From contig CAVXGR010000005.1 of NCBI GenBank assembly GCA_963761335.1, forward strand, positions 352,001-416,000: a stretch of 64,000 bases of DNA, read 5' to 3'. The stretch comes from an uncultured delta proteobacterium. GTDB lineage: Bacteria > Desulfobacterota > Binatia > HRBIN30 > BPIQ01. The notes beneath the pieces were generated by a model that was not told the DNA's origin, searched no databases, and worked only from the letters and a program-made list of their open reading frames with translations. This document shows, piece by piece, positions 51,612-62,127 of the stretch (the stretch's first letter is position 1; each line of letters opens with the position of its first letter). A program made the translations under genes and the position numbers.

Positions 51612-51686
51612 GCTACTTTTGCGGACGGACTCGTTACCCTCGTGGGACTCCGAGGGGCAAGTAGCCTGTCCCCGCCGGCGCTGCCG

Positions 51687-52220
51687 TTACGCCAGCTCCG
51701 CCAAGGCCTGCTCATATGTGGCCAGATCCGCGGCGCTGAAGAGGACGAAGCGCACCAGGTGGATGCCGGGATGACTGGGCAGGCATTCGGCGACGGTGCG
51801 CAGCGCCAGACGCGACGCCTCGCCGATCGGGTAGCGATAGGCGCCGGTGCTGATCGAAGGGAAGGCGATGCTGGTGACGCCGTGCGCCGCCGCTTCCTCC
51901 AGGGAGCGGCGATAGGCGCTGGCGAGCAGCCCGGCCTCGCCGCGGCTGCCGTCGCGGTAGACCGGCCCGACGGTGTGGATCACGTAGCGCGCCTTGAGGC
52001 GGCCGCCTGCCGTGGTCCTGGCGTCGCCGGTGGGGCAGCCGCCGAAACGCTTGCACTCCTCGAGAATCTTCGCCCCGCCGGCACGGTGGATGGCGCCGTC
52101 GACACCGCCGCCGCCGAGCAAGGTGCTGTTGGCGGCGTTGACGATGGCGTCGGTGTCCTGCTCGGTGATGTCGCCGCGCACCAGCTCGAGGCGCGCCGCT
52201 CCCAGGCTCAGCTCTCGCAT
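51687..52220 (-). CDS. Macrodomain O-acetyl-ADP-ribose deacetylase (YmdB-like)
   Basis: GDIT, IVNAAN, GGGGVDGAIH, HTVGP, FPSISTGAY. Confidence 0.95.
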   Translation of the reverse strand: MRELSLGAARLELVRGDITEQDTDAIVNAANSTLLGGGGVDGAIHRAGGAKILEECKRFGGCPTGDARTTAGGRLKARYVIHTVGPVYRDGSRGEAGLLASAYRRSLEEAAAHGVTSIAFPSISTGAYRYPIGEASRLALRTVAECLPSHPGIHLVRFVLFSAADLATYEQALAELA

Positions 52221-52330
52221 CGCTCGTTCCTCCCGCCGCTCATGATACGCCAACCGGTCAGCCCTGTAACCCGCCGACTCGCGAGTTTGACTCGCCGCAC
52301 TGCGGCCCATACGATGCGCCGGTTTAGGGA

Positions 52331-52804
52331 ATGCCAGTGCGCACACTGATCATCCTTCTCGCCTCCGCGGGCTATATCGGCTACATCCCCATCGCCTCGG
52401 GGACCTTCGGGTCGCTGGTCGGCATTCCCTTCTTCTTCCTCTTCGACCGCATGGCGGTGACCTCGCCGTTCCTGACGCTGGCGGTCTTCGTCGCCGCCGT
52501 GCTCGGCTCCTGCTGGGTGGCCGGCCGCGCCGAGGAGTACTTCCACGAGCACGACAGCCACAAGATCGTCATCGACGAGGTGGTCGGCTACATCGCCGCG
52601 ACCCTGTTTCTGCCGGTGAACCTGTGGACCATCGGCCTGGCCTTCGTCGTCTTTCGCGTCTACGACGTGGTCAAGCCCTTCCCGGCGGGGTACATCGACG
52701 CCAACCTCCAGGGCGGCTACGGCGTCGTTCTCGACGACGTCATGTCGGGAATCTATGCAAACCTCACAGTTCGCCTCCTGTTTCTGTTCGCCTCGATGAT
52801 GTAG
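52331..52804 (+). CDS. pgpA: Phosphatidylglycerophosphatase A
   Basis: SGTFGS, HD...IVIDEVVG, FRVYDVVKP, GGYGVVLDD. Confidence 0.93.
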   Translation: MPVRTLIILLASAGYIGYIPIASGTFGSLVGIPFFFLFDRMAVTSPFLTLAVFVAAVLGSCWVAGRAEEYFHEHDSHKIVIDEVVGYIAATLFLPVNLWTIGLAFVVFRVYDVVKPFPAGYIDANLQGGYGVVLDDVMSGIYANLTVRLLFLFASMM

Positions 52805-52813
52805 AAGACCGGC

Positions 52814-54100
52814 ATGGGCATCGAGCGCGCCGTCGTCCTGAGCACGGGTGACGAGCTGACCACCGGCCGCACCGTCGATACCAACGCCAACTTCATCGCC
52901 GACAAGCTGACCGATGCCGGCGTCGACGTCGTCTCGGTGATCACCGTCGGCGATTATCCGGAGCGCATCACCTGGGCATGGCAGGAGGGCATGCGCCGGG
53001 CCGACCTGGTGATCTCCACCGGCGGTCTCGGGCCGACCGCGGACGATCTGACCACGGAAACCGTGGGCGGGCTCACCGGCCGGCGGCTGGTGTTGAACGA
53101 GGAGGTCGCGGAGCGCATCCGCCAGATGTTCGCGGCGATGAGCCGCGCCATGCCGGAGAACAATCTCAAGCAGGCGCTCTTTCCTGAAGGCGCCGAGGTG
53201 ATCCCCAATCCCCTCGGTACCGCTCCCGGGTTCCGGCTGTCGATCGACACCGAGTGGGGGCTGCGGCATCTGCTGGTGATGCCCGGCGTGCCGCGCGAGA
53301 TGAAGCCGATGATGCAGGACCAGGTGCTCCCCTGGGTGGCGCAGGCGCGCGGCAAGCAGGAGATCTTTGCGGCGCACACCTTCCAGACCTTCGGTATCAG
53401 CGAGTCCGCCCTCGACGAGCTGGTGAGTGGTGCCGTGCACCCGGGCGAGGGGCGCGTCGCCTTCCGCGCCGCCTTCCCGCAGATCTCCGTGCGGCTGACG
53501 GTGGAGGGTCTGCGCGGGGCCGCCGAAGAGCGCCTGCGAGAGCTGGCGGCGCGGGTGCGGGAACGCATCGGCGAGTACCTCTACGGCGAGGGCGACACCA
53601 CCATGGAGGAGGTGGTCGGCACGCTTCTGCGCCAGGCGGGGAAGACGCTGGCGGTGGCCGAGTCCTGCACCGGCGGGCTGATCGGTCACCGCCTGACCAA
53701 TGTCCCCGGCAGCTCTGCATACTTGCTCGCCGACGTGGTGGCCTACGCCAACGCCGTGAAGGAGGGCGTGCTTCGCGTCTCGGCACACACCCTCGAGCAG
53801 CACGGCGCCGTCTCCGAGGAGACCGCCCGCGAGATGGCGGCCGGCGCGCGCGCCGCCACCGGTGCCAACATCGGCCTGTCGACCACCGGTGTCGCCGGGC
53901 CGGACGGCGGCACCGCGGAAAAGCCGGTGGGCACGGTGTGCCTGGCGCTCACCGACGGCGAGCGAACCTTCTCGCGCCGCTATCAGCTCTGGGGCACGCG
54001 CGAGTGGGTGAAGCTGCTGACCTCGCAGATCGCCCTCGACTGGATCCGCCGCTTTCTCCTGGGGAACGACCCGAGCCAGTCCGGCGTGCTGCGCAAGTGA
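52814..54100 (+). CDS. cinA: Competence/damage-inducible protein CinA (MoCF-like + PncC domains)
   Basis: GDEL..G..VDTN, GGLGPTADD, PGVPREM, AESCTGG, TGVAGPDGG. Confidence 0.95.
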   Translation: MGIERAVVLSTGDELTTGRTVDTNANFIADKLTDAGVDVVSVITVGDYPERITWAWQEGMRRADLVISTGGLGPTADDLTTETVGGLTGRRLVLNEEVAERIRQMFAAMSRAMPENNLKQALFPEGAEVIPNPLGTAPGFRLSIDTEWGLRHLLVMPGVPREMKPMMQDQVLPWVAQARGKQEIFAAHTFQTFGISESALDELVSGAVHPGEGRVAFRAAFPQISVRLTVEGLRGAAEERLRELAARVRERIGEYLYGEGDTTMEEVVGTLLRQAGKTLAVAESCTGGLIGHRLTNVPGSSAYLLADVVAYANAVKEGVLRVSAHTLEQHGAVSEETAREMAAGARAATGANIGLSTTGVAGPDGGTAEKPVGTVCLALTDGERTFSRRYQLWGTREWVKLLTSQIALDWIRRFLLGNDPSQSGVLRK

Positions 54101-54110
54101 GGGCCGAGCC

Positions 54111-54698
54111 GTGCAGGGCGAACGCATTCGCTCGTTCATCGCCGTCGACCTGTCACCGGCAGCGCATGCGGCGCTGGTGCGGCTCAAGCAGGAGCTGGCG
54201 GCGACCGGCGCCGAGGTGCGCTGGGTGCGCGATGCGGGCCTGCACTGCACGCTGAAGTTTCTCGGCTCCGTGGAAGGGGAACGCCTGGAGCGCGTGCGCG
54301 AGGCGGTGGGCGGCACGCTCAGCGGCTTCGCCCCGATCCGCGTGCGCGCCCGCTCGCTGGGCGTCTTCCCGACGCCGGCGCGACCGCGCGTCGTCTGGGT
54401 GGGCCTCGAGGGCGATGGCCTGCGCGAGATCGCGGGCGCCGTGGAGGCCGCTGTCGAGCCGCTCGGTTTCGCCGCCGAGAAGCGCGCCTTCGCACCCCAC
54501 GTCACCATGGGGCGAGTCACGGGCCGCCGTCACTGGGCGCGCCTCGCGGCGCTCATGAAGACGCATGCCGACACGACCTTCGGCGATACCGAGGTCACCC
54601 ACGTGGTCATCTACCGCAGTCAGCCGCAACGCCAGGGCGCGGTGTACACCGCCCTCTGGACAATCCCCTTCGCCGATTCTACTGTCGCGCAGCGTTAG
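54111..54698 (+). CDS. thpR: RNA 2',3'-cyclic phosphodiesterase (2H family)
   Basis: HCTLKFLG and PHVTMGR HxT motifs. Confidence 0.93.
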   Translation: MQGERIRSFIAVDLSPAAHAALVRLKQELAATGAEVRWVRDAGLHCTLKFLGSVEGERLERVREAVGGTLSGFAPIRVRARSLGVFPTPARPRVVWVGLEGDGLREIAGAVEAAVEPLGFAAEKRAFAPHVTMGRVTGRRHWARLAALMKTHADTTFGDTEVTHVVIYRSQPQRQGAVYTALWTIPFADSTVAQR

Positions 54699-54771
54699 CC
54701 TTCGATGTCTCCGTGGACTGCGCCGGTGATCGAGCAAACAACTGTGGTGGATAGAAGAGGAGGAAGCGAAA

Positions 54772-55839
<1,068 letters not shown>

Positions 55840-55855
55840 GGCGCAATTCGGAGGG

Positions 55856-57013
55856 GTGGGGCAGGAGGCCAGATTGCTGATCGACGATATTCTCAAGGAC
55901 GCCGTAGAGCAGGGCGCTTCGGACGTGCTCCTCAAGCCGGGGGCACCCCCCTGCTTTCGTATCGGCCCGGACCTCGCTCCGAACGGCTCGACCAACCTGG
56001 AATCGGAAGAGGTCCACACCATCGTCGACATGCTCTTTGATGAGTATCGTCGCAAGCAATTTGCCACCCAGCTGCAGGCGGACCTCGCCTATGAGTCCGA
56101 GCTCGGTCGCTTCCGCGTCAACGTCTTTCGCCAGAGAGGCGAGATGTCGGTGGTCATCCGCGTCATCCCGGCCGAGATCCGCACCATCTCCGATCTGAAT
56201 CTCCCCTCGGTCGTCGAGCGCATCGCCGAGGAGCGCCGTGGGCTGGTGCTGGTCACCGGCGCCACCGGCTCGGGCAAGAGCACCACCCTGGCGGCGATCA
56301 TCAACCACATCAACAACACCCGCGCCGCGCACGTGATCACCATCGAGGACCCCATCGAGTACGTGCATGAGGACCGCAAGAGCCACATCAACCAGCGGGA
56401 GGTCGGTTACGACACCGTCAGCTTCGCCTCGGCGCTGAAGGCGGCCCTGCGGCAGAACCCGGACGTCATCCTGGTCGGCGAGATGCGCGATCTCGAGACC
56501 ATGGAGACGGCGATCTTGGCGGCGGAAACCGGCCACCTGGTGCTGAGCACGTTGCACACCCTCGACGCGCCGCAGACGATCACCCGGGCGATCGGGGTGT
56601 TCCCCGAGCACCAGCGCGATCAGATCCGCCTCATCCTCTCGACCGTCCTGCGCGGTATCGTCAGCCAGCGCTTGATCCCGCGCGGCGACGGCAAGGGCCA
56701 GGTGCCGGCCGTCGAGGTGTTGGTGTCGACCGAACGGGTGCGGGAGTGTCTCGCCGACAAGCAGAAGACGCGCGACCTGCGCGAGGTGATCGCCCAGGGG
56801 CACACCGCCTACGGGATGCAGACCTTCGATCAGTCGCTGATGGCGCTCTACAAGGCCTCGCACATCGCCTACGACGAGGCGCTGATGTACGCCAGCAACC
56901 CCGCCGACTTCGCCCTCAAGGTGAGCGGTCTCTCCTCGACCAGCGACGGCCGCTGGAAGGAGTTCGAAGGCGGCGCCGACGGCCGCAGCGGCATCGAGAT
57001 CGAGCGCTTCTGA
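55856..57013 (+). CDS. PilT/PilU family type IV pilus ATPase
   Basis: GATGSGKSTT, TIEDPIE, LVGEMRD, TGHLVLSTLH, GMQTFDQ; lacks the AIRNLIRE motif. Confidence 0.92.
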   Translation: MGQEARLLIDDILKDAVEQGASDVLLKPGAPPCFRIGPDLAPNGSTNLESEEVHTIVDMLFDEYRRKQFATQLQADLAYESELGRFRVNVFRQRGEMSVVIRVIPAEIRTISDLNLPSVVERIAEERRGLVLVTGATGSGKSTTLAAIINHINNTRAAHVITIEDPIEYVHEDRKSHINQREVGYDTVSFASALKAALRQNPDVILVGEMRDLETMETAILAAETGHLVLSTLHTLDAPQTITRAIGVFPEHQRDQIRLILSTVLRGIVSQRLIPRGDGKGQVPAVEVLVSTERVRECLADKQKTRDLREVIAQGHTAYGMQTFDQSLMALYKASHIAYDEALMYASNPADFALKVSGLSSTSDGRWKEFEGGADGRSGIEIERF

Positions 57014-57116
57014 GTCGCCGCGCCCCGGCGCCCTTGCCTTGTCGCCGCCGATCGGTAGATTGCGGCTGATCGCGCTCGCCTGGCGGCGCGCACTGCTGGA
57101 TCGTTCGGAGGACACA

Positions 57117-57440
57117 ATGGCGAAGGTGTGGTTCGTGTGCCGAGAGGGCGTGCGCTGGAAGGCTCCCGGCGCCGCGCCGGCGTACGAGAGGCCGCTGGGT
57201 GAGCTGGTCTTCAAGCTCGACCTCGGATGGCAGCGGCGCCTGCCGGCGACCAACCGCCCCGATCCGCTTCCGGGATCTCCTCCGGCAGATCTGCGGCAGG
57301 TGGAGAAGGTCTTCGTCGAGGTGACCAACTCCGATCTCGAGGGAGCCCTCTTCCCGGGGTACCAGCCCGGGTGGTACGACTCCCCTTACTCTCCCGCGGA
57401 GGCGGTGCGGCGTCTGGGGCCGCCGCGCTGGGTGGCGTGA
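57117..57440 (+). CDS. Hypothetical protein
   Basis: GGAGG RBS; typical codon usage. Confidence 0.6.
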   Translation: MAKVWFVCREGVRWKAPGAAPAYERPLGELVFKLDLGWQRRLPATNRPDPLPGSPPADLRQVEKVFVEVTNSDLEGALFPGYQPGWYDSPYSPAEAVRRLGPPRWVA

Positions 57441-57441
57441 C

Positions 57442-57873
57442 TCAGGGCGTCGGCGTGGCGGCCGGGAGGTCCTGGATCCGCGACACCAGGAACCGCCGCA
57501 CGCCGATGCGCAGAATTCCGAGCAGGCGAATCTTCTGACCCGGCGGGGCCGCGGTGAGCTGCTTCAGGGTGACCTCGGGTCCATTGATCTGAAAATTGCC
57601 GTGGTAGGGCTCGGCGGCTTGGAGCACGTCCCAGTAGGCGAGGTTGCCGGTGAGCACGCGCAGCTCGGTGATGTAGAGCGGGCGGCCTTTACCCTCAGCG
57701 GTCAGCTTCCAGGTGGCGGCGACCGGCTCGCCGGCGGGCTTGCTGTCGAGGTAACCGTCGATGCGCACCTGCAGAGGAGCCGACAGCGGCAGGTGCCGCC
57801 TCATCTGGGCAGTGGCGCTGCCGGCAGTGCCGAGCGCCACCACGGTGGCGATGACGATCAGGGTGGCTCTCAT
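57442..57873 (-). CDS. Hypothetical exported protein
   Basis: MRATLIVIATVVALGTAGSATA signal peptide; GGAGAG upstream. Confidence 0.65.
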   Translation of the reverse strand: MRATLIVIATVVALGTAGSATAQMRRHLPLSAPLQVRIDGYLDSKPAGEPVAATWKLTAEGKGRPLYITELRVLTGNLAYWDVLQAAEPYHGNFQINGPEVTLKQLTAAPPGQKIRLLGILRIGVRRFLVSRIQDLPAATPTP

Positions 57874-57914
57874 CTCTCCATTCACCTCGGGTGGCTCGCC
57901 CCGGCCGCTGCTCT

Positions 57915-60464
57915 TCAGGCGGCGGCGGCTAGCTGCTGGCGCAGCGCCTGCAGCACGTGGCGCAGATCCTCCGCAGTGCACGGCTTTGCCAGGGCCGGCT
58001 GCGGCGGCAGCTCGTCGCGCATGCCGCGGCCGCGCCACAGGCCGCCGGTCACGAAAATGATTCGCCGCGCCTGCGAGGGACGCGAGGTGGCGAGCTGCTC
58101 GTAGACCTGCGGTCCGGAGAGGTCGGGCAGACGGACATCGAGGAAGACGGCATCGAAGGTGGGGTCGTTGCGCAGGCGGCTCAGGGCTTCCTGGCCGGAG
58201 GAGACGTATTGGACGTGGTGCCCTTGCTGTTGCAGCATCTCGACGAGAATCGCGGCGACGCTGGCGTCGTCGTCGACCACCAGGACGCGGCCGCCCTCTG
58301 CCGGCAGAACCGCGGGCAGGCGCAGCGTGAAGCGGGTACCTTGTGACGCCGCGCTGTCGACCGCGAGCTCGCCGCCGTGGGCACGCATGATCTGGTAGCT
58401 GACGCTCAGACCGAGGCCGGTGCCCTTGCTCTTGGTGGTGAAGAAGGGATCGAAGATGCGGCGTATGTGATCGGCAGCGATGCCGGGCCCGGTATCGACC
58501 ACGTCGATCAGCACGTCGCGATCCACCGCGCTCGCCTTGATCTTCAGCGTGCCGCCGGCGGGCGACATCGCCTGCTGCGCATTGGTGATCAGGTTCACCA
58601 GCACCTGCTGGACCTGCTTGGGATCGGCCCAGACGGGTGGCAGGTCGGCGGGGATGTCGACCTCGACGGCGATGCTTGCCGTGTCGAGGTCGTATCTCTT
58701 CAGCCCCAGAGTTTCCTCGATCAGCTCGCGGACGGGTGTTTCCCGGGTCGTGGGCGGCTGCGGCCGCGCGAATCCGAGGAGGCCCTGAACGATGGCGGCG
58801 ATGCGATTTCCCTCGGTGCCCACCAGGCGTAGCGCCGCGCGCAGCTCGTCCGGGTCGCTGTCCGTCTCCGCCCTCTCCGACTGGCCGAGGATGCCGACCA
58901 GGGCGTTGTTCACCTCGTGGGCAATGCCAGCCGCCATCTCGCCGGCGGCCGCCAGGCGTTCGGCGCGCTGCAGCCGTTCGTCCATGCGCTTGCGATCCGA
59001 GACGTCGTCGAGAATCGCCACCACGCCCTTCACCTTGCCCTCCTCGTCGTGAATCAGGCTGGTGTCGAGCAGCAGGTGAAAGGGCGTGCCGTCCCTCCGC
59101 TGCGCCACGGTCTCGCCGCGGTAGCTGGTGTGCGAGCGCACGGCGCGGGCGACGTCGGCGAGCCAGAGGCCGGAGATGTTGTCTGCCAGAATGCGCGCGT
59201 CGCGGCCTTCGATCTCGTCGCGGCTGTAGTTGAAGAGTGCCAGGAAGGCGGGGTTGGCGTGCAGGACGCGGCCCCGGGGGTCGGTGATCAGCAGCCCCTC
59301 GCCGGTGCTGTTGATCGCCTGCTCGAGAAGCAGGGCGTGCTCGGCCATCTGGGCGCGCTGGCAGGCGGCCGCCACCTGCGCGGCGACGCCATCGGCGATG
59401 CGGATCTCTTCCTCGGTGAACGTCGTCGCACCCCGGCGGCGCCCCAGGAGAAGGACGCCGAAGTACTGTCTGATGCTGAGCAGCGGCGCCAGCAGCAGCG
59501 GCATGAACTCTTCCGGGCCCAGCGGAGTCCCCTGAACGCGCGATACCACCGAGCAGCGACCCAGCGTCCGCACCCACTGGAGGTCGGGCGCCTGCTCCGG
59601 TCTCAGCCGCACCGCACGAAAGGCCTTCGCGGTCTCCTCGTCGACGCCGGCGAGGATGCTGCCGCGATACTCCCCCTGGCGGTCGTTCCAGGTGATGACG
59701 CCGCAGTAGTCGATCTCGGTCACCTTGAGAACCGTGTCCGCCACCTCCGCGAGCAGCGCGTCCAGCTTGGTGAACTTCCCGGCGGCATCGTTGATCAGGA
59801 GCAGCCTGCCGGCGACGGCAGCCGCCCGGTTTTCGCGGTCGGCCGCCGCCTTCGCCTTGTCGCGCTCCAGCCGCAGCGCTCTCTCCTGGCGGCGGATCAT
59901 GCGCCGGAAGCGCACCGAGCCGACCAGAAGCATGAGCAGCAGGGCGGCGTTGGCACCCATGCGTACCTTCTCCTCGCGGTCGGGAGCGACGAGAGGCGTC
60001 ATCGCCTCACTGGGCGAGAGGACGAAGAAGCTGGCGGCCACGAGCCCGGCGAGCGAGCCGACGATGCTGATGATGCCGGTCTCGAAGCTGTAGATGAAGG
60101 TGTAGCCGGCGATCTTCAGCAGGTAGATCAGCACCATCGGGCTGGCGAGATCCCCGGAGGCGTGCACCACGATGGTGATCGGCACCAGGTTGGCGATGAT
60201 GTCTGCCGCCACCAGCCGCAGCGTCACTTGCCCGACGAGATAGCGGCGCGCCAGAAACATATTGGCCAGCAGGTAGGCGACCAGGGCGACCGGAACAATC
60301 AGCTGCAGTCGAGGTCGACCCCGGCTGTAGACCTCGTTGAAGACGATCCACGCCGCCAGGCCCTCGAGGACCCGCAACACCAGCATCCAGACCGCTGTGT
60401 CGCGGATCAGCTCGCGGTTCAGACCGTTGTTGAGAGCCCGTATCCTCTGTCTCAGGCGCAGCAC
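57915..60464 (-). CDS. Hybrid sensor histidine kinase (TM-GAF-PAS-HisKA-HATPase-REC)
   Basis: AAGIAHEVNN, NLITNA, DTGPGI, FFTTK, GTGLGL, VLVVDDD...LDVRLP...KP. Confidence 0.93.
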   Translation of the reverse strand: MLRLRQRIRALNNGLNRELIRDTAVWMLVLRVLEGLAAWIVFNEVYSRGRPRLQLIVPVALVAYLLANMFLARRYLVGQVTLRLVAADIIANLVPITIVVHASGDLASPMVLIYLLKIAGYTFIYSFETGIISIVGSLAGLVAASFFVLSPSEAMTPLVAPDREEKVRMGANAALLLMLLVGSVRFRRMIRRQERALRLERDKAKAAADRENRAAAVAGRLLLINDAAGKFTKLDALLAEVADTVLKVTEIDYCGVITWNDRQGEYRGSILAGVDEETAKAFRAVRLRPEQAPDLQWVRTLGRCSVVSRVQGTPLGPEEFMPLLLAPLLSIRQYFGVLLLGRRRGATTFTEEEIRIADGVAAQVAAACQRAQMAEHALLLEQAINSTGEGLLITDPRGRVLHANPAFLALFNYSRDEIEGRDARILADNISGLWLADVARAVRSHTSYRGETVAQRRDGTPFHLLLDTSLIHDEEGKVKGVVAILDDVSDRKRMDERLQRAERLAAAGEMAAGIAHEVNNALVGILGQSERAETDSDPDELRAALRLVGTEGNRIAAIVQGLLGFARPQPPTTRETPVRELIEETLGLKRYDLDTASIAVEVDIPADLPPVWADPKQVQQVLVNLITNAQQAMSPAGGTLKIKASAVDRDVLIDVVDTGPGIAADHIRRIFDPFFTTKSKGTGLGLSVSYQIMRAHGGELAVDSAASQGTRFTLRLPAVLPAEGGRVLVVDDDASVAAILVEMLQQQGHHVQYVSSGQEALSRLRNDPTFDAVFLDVRLPDLSGPQVYEQLATSRPSQARRIIFVTGGLWRGRGMRDELPPQPALAKPCTAEDLRHVLQALRQQLAAAA

Positions 60465-60547
60465 GTCGACTCAGAAAGCACTGTACTGCCAGTTGTCCCC
60501 CCCGGCAAGATTGCGGATTCGCAGGACAGAGGGTGAACCCCCGGCCA

Positions 60548-61020
60548 GTAGAAGCGCCGTCCCGGCGCTTCCGAAGCGGCGAGACGCCGCTTCTACCTGG
60601 CCCGGGTGCCGGCGGGGTCGTTGTTGCCCAGGTAGAAGCGGCGTCGCGGCGCTTTCCGAAGCGGCAAGACGCCGCTTCTACCCGGCCCGGGTGCCGGCGG
60701 GATCGTCGTTGCCCCGGTAGAAGCGCCGACCCGGCGCTTCCGAAGCGGCGAGACGCCGCTTCTACTTGGCCCGGGTGCCGGCAGGGTCGTTGTCGCCCAG
60801 GTAGAAGCGCCGTCGCGGCGCTTCCCGAAGCGGCGAGACGCCGCTTCTACGCGGCCCGGGTGCCGGCAGGGTCGTTGTTGCCCAGGTAGAAGCGCCGTCG
60901 CGGCGCTTTCCGAAGCGGCGAGACGCCGCTTCTACCTGGCCCGGGTGCCGGCGGGATCGTTGTTGCCCAGGTAGAAGCGCCGTCGCGGCGCTTCCCGAAG
61001 CGGCGAGACGCCGCTTCTAC
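60548..61020. repeat. BIME-like array: six GTAG REP doublets, 84-85 bp period
   Basis: GTAG starts at 60548, 60632, 60717, 60801, 60886 and 60971; linkers near-identical. Confidence 0.9.
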
Positions 61021-61043
61021 CTGGCCCGCGGGCCGATATCGAG

Positions 61044-61568
61044 CTACTTCTCGTCCTTCGGCGGGCAGGGCTTGAAGTGCTCCGGCAGCATGTAGAGAGC
61101 GTAATAGGGCTGCGGCGCGTCCTTCTTCAAATGTCGCTTGCCGAGGTCGAGAGAGATCGGTTGATCGGATTTGCGTTCCTCGGTCGCCCCCATGACCATG
61201 CGGAAGTAGCCGGTCGCCGCGCTGCGCGTCTTCACCGTCCAGCCGTTGGGCAGGTACATCTGGATCAGTTGATCCTTCACCGGCTCGCCCTTCTCGTCCA
61301 CGAGAGTACCGGTGATCACCACGTCGTAGGGATGCGGGATGAACGTTCCCCAATTGGCATCGATCAGGCACTGTCCACAGCGATCCTTACCGATCTTGCT
61401 CGCATCGCTGCCGCCGAAGGTCGTGCCCGGCTGCGGGCAGTCGACGATGACCGCATACGTATGGCCGGAGTCGTCCTTCAACCGCATGCCGTCAGTGATC
61501 GTGATCGCAGCTCCCGCTGCGGTCGTGGTCAGGACGTAAACGGCGAGCACTGCCATCCACCAACGCAT
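61044..61568 (-). CDS. Hypothetical exported protein with CxxC and a prealbumin-like (GTLVDEKGEP) segment
   Basis: Signal peptide MRWWMAVLAV...AGA; GGAGG RBS. Confidence 0.7.
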   Translation of the reverse strand: MRWWMAVLAVYVLTTTAAGAAITITDGMRLKDDSGHTYAVIVDCPQPGTTFGGSDASKIGKDRCGQCLIDANWGTFIPHPYDVVITGTLVDEKGEPVKDQLIQMYLPNGWTVKTRSAATGYFRMVMGATEERKSDQPISLDLGKRHLKKDAPQPYYALYMLPEHFKPCPPKDEK

Positions 61569-61677
61569 CAAACAACCCTCCTTCTCCCGCGGGCCTTGCC
61601 CGCGGATCAGCCTCGAGATCAAAGCTGGACTCCTATACTGCATCGGCGCCCGAGGCAACGCCGAACGGCGGCGGCCG

Positions 61678-62094
61678 TCAGGAGAAGAGCCGGCGGTACT
61701 CGATCGCCGGGCAGCGGTCCATCACCACCGTCAGCCCGGCGGCGCGGGCTCGGTTGGCGGCGGCCTCGTCGATGACCCCCAGCTGCATCCACACCGCCGA
61801 GACGCCCCTCAAGATCGCCTCGTCGACGATGGCGGCGACGTACTCGGGGCGCCGGAAGATGTCGACCATGTCGATCGGCTCGGGCACGTCGCGCAGCGAC
61901 GGATAGCAGCGCTGGCCGAGGATCTCGCTCTCGCGGGGATTCACCGGCACGACGCGGTGGCCCCTGTGCATCAGCAGGGCGGCGATGTGATTGCTGTCGC
62001 GGGACGGATCCGCGGAGCAGCCGACGACGGCGATGGTGAGTGACCGCGAGAGGAGGGCGCGGATCTCGTCGTCGCCTGGATTCTGAAAGGCCAT
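61678..62094 (-). CDS. CoA-binding protein (YccU-like)
   Basis: IAVVGCS, PVNP, VDIFR, VWMQLG, VVMDRC. Confidence 0.93.
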   Translation of the reverse strand: MAFQNPGDDEIRALLSRSLTIAVVGCSADPSRDSNHIAALLMHRGHRVVPVNPRESEILGQRCYPSLRDVPEPIDMVDIFRRPEYVAAIVDEAILRGVSAVWMQLGVIDEAAANRARAAGLTVVMDRCPAIEYRRLFS

Positions 62095-62127
62095 CGCCGC
62101 CGAGCCTAGCAGCGGCGGGGACCGCTG

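Larger units (their letters stand above)
50908..51673. repeat. GGGGACAG-type REP pair; left arm interrupted by two cassettes
   Basis: GGCGACAG[..][..]GCTACTTTT - 38 bp - AAGTAGCCTGTCCCC. Confidence 0.85.

Noticed and set aside
54699..54771. LexA/SOS box upstream of recA
   Set aside because: No match to CTGT-N8-ACAG, GAAC-N4-GTTC or other boxes I know.
60548..61020. CRISPR array
   Set aside because: The 35-bp 'spacers' are near-identical to each other, the repeat is a GTAG REP doublet found solo elsewhere, and no cas genes are present.
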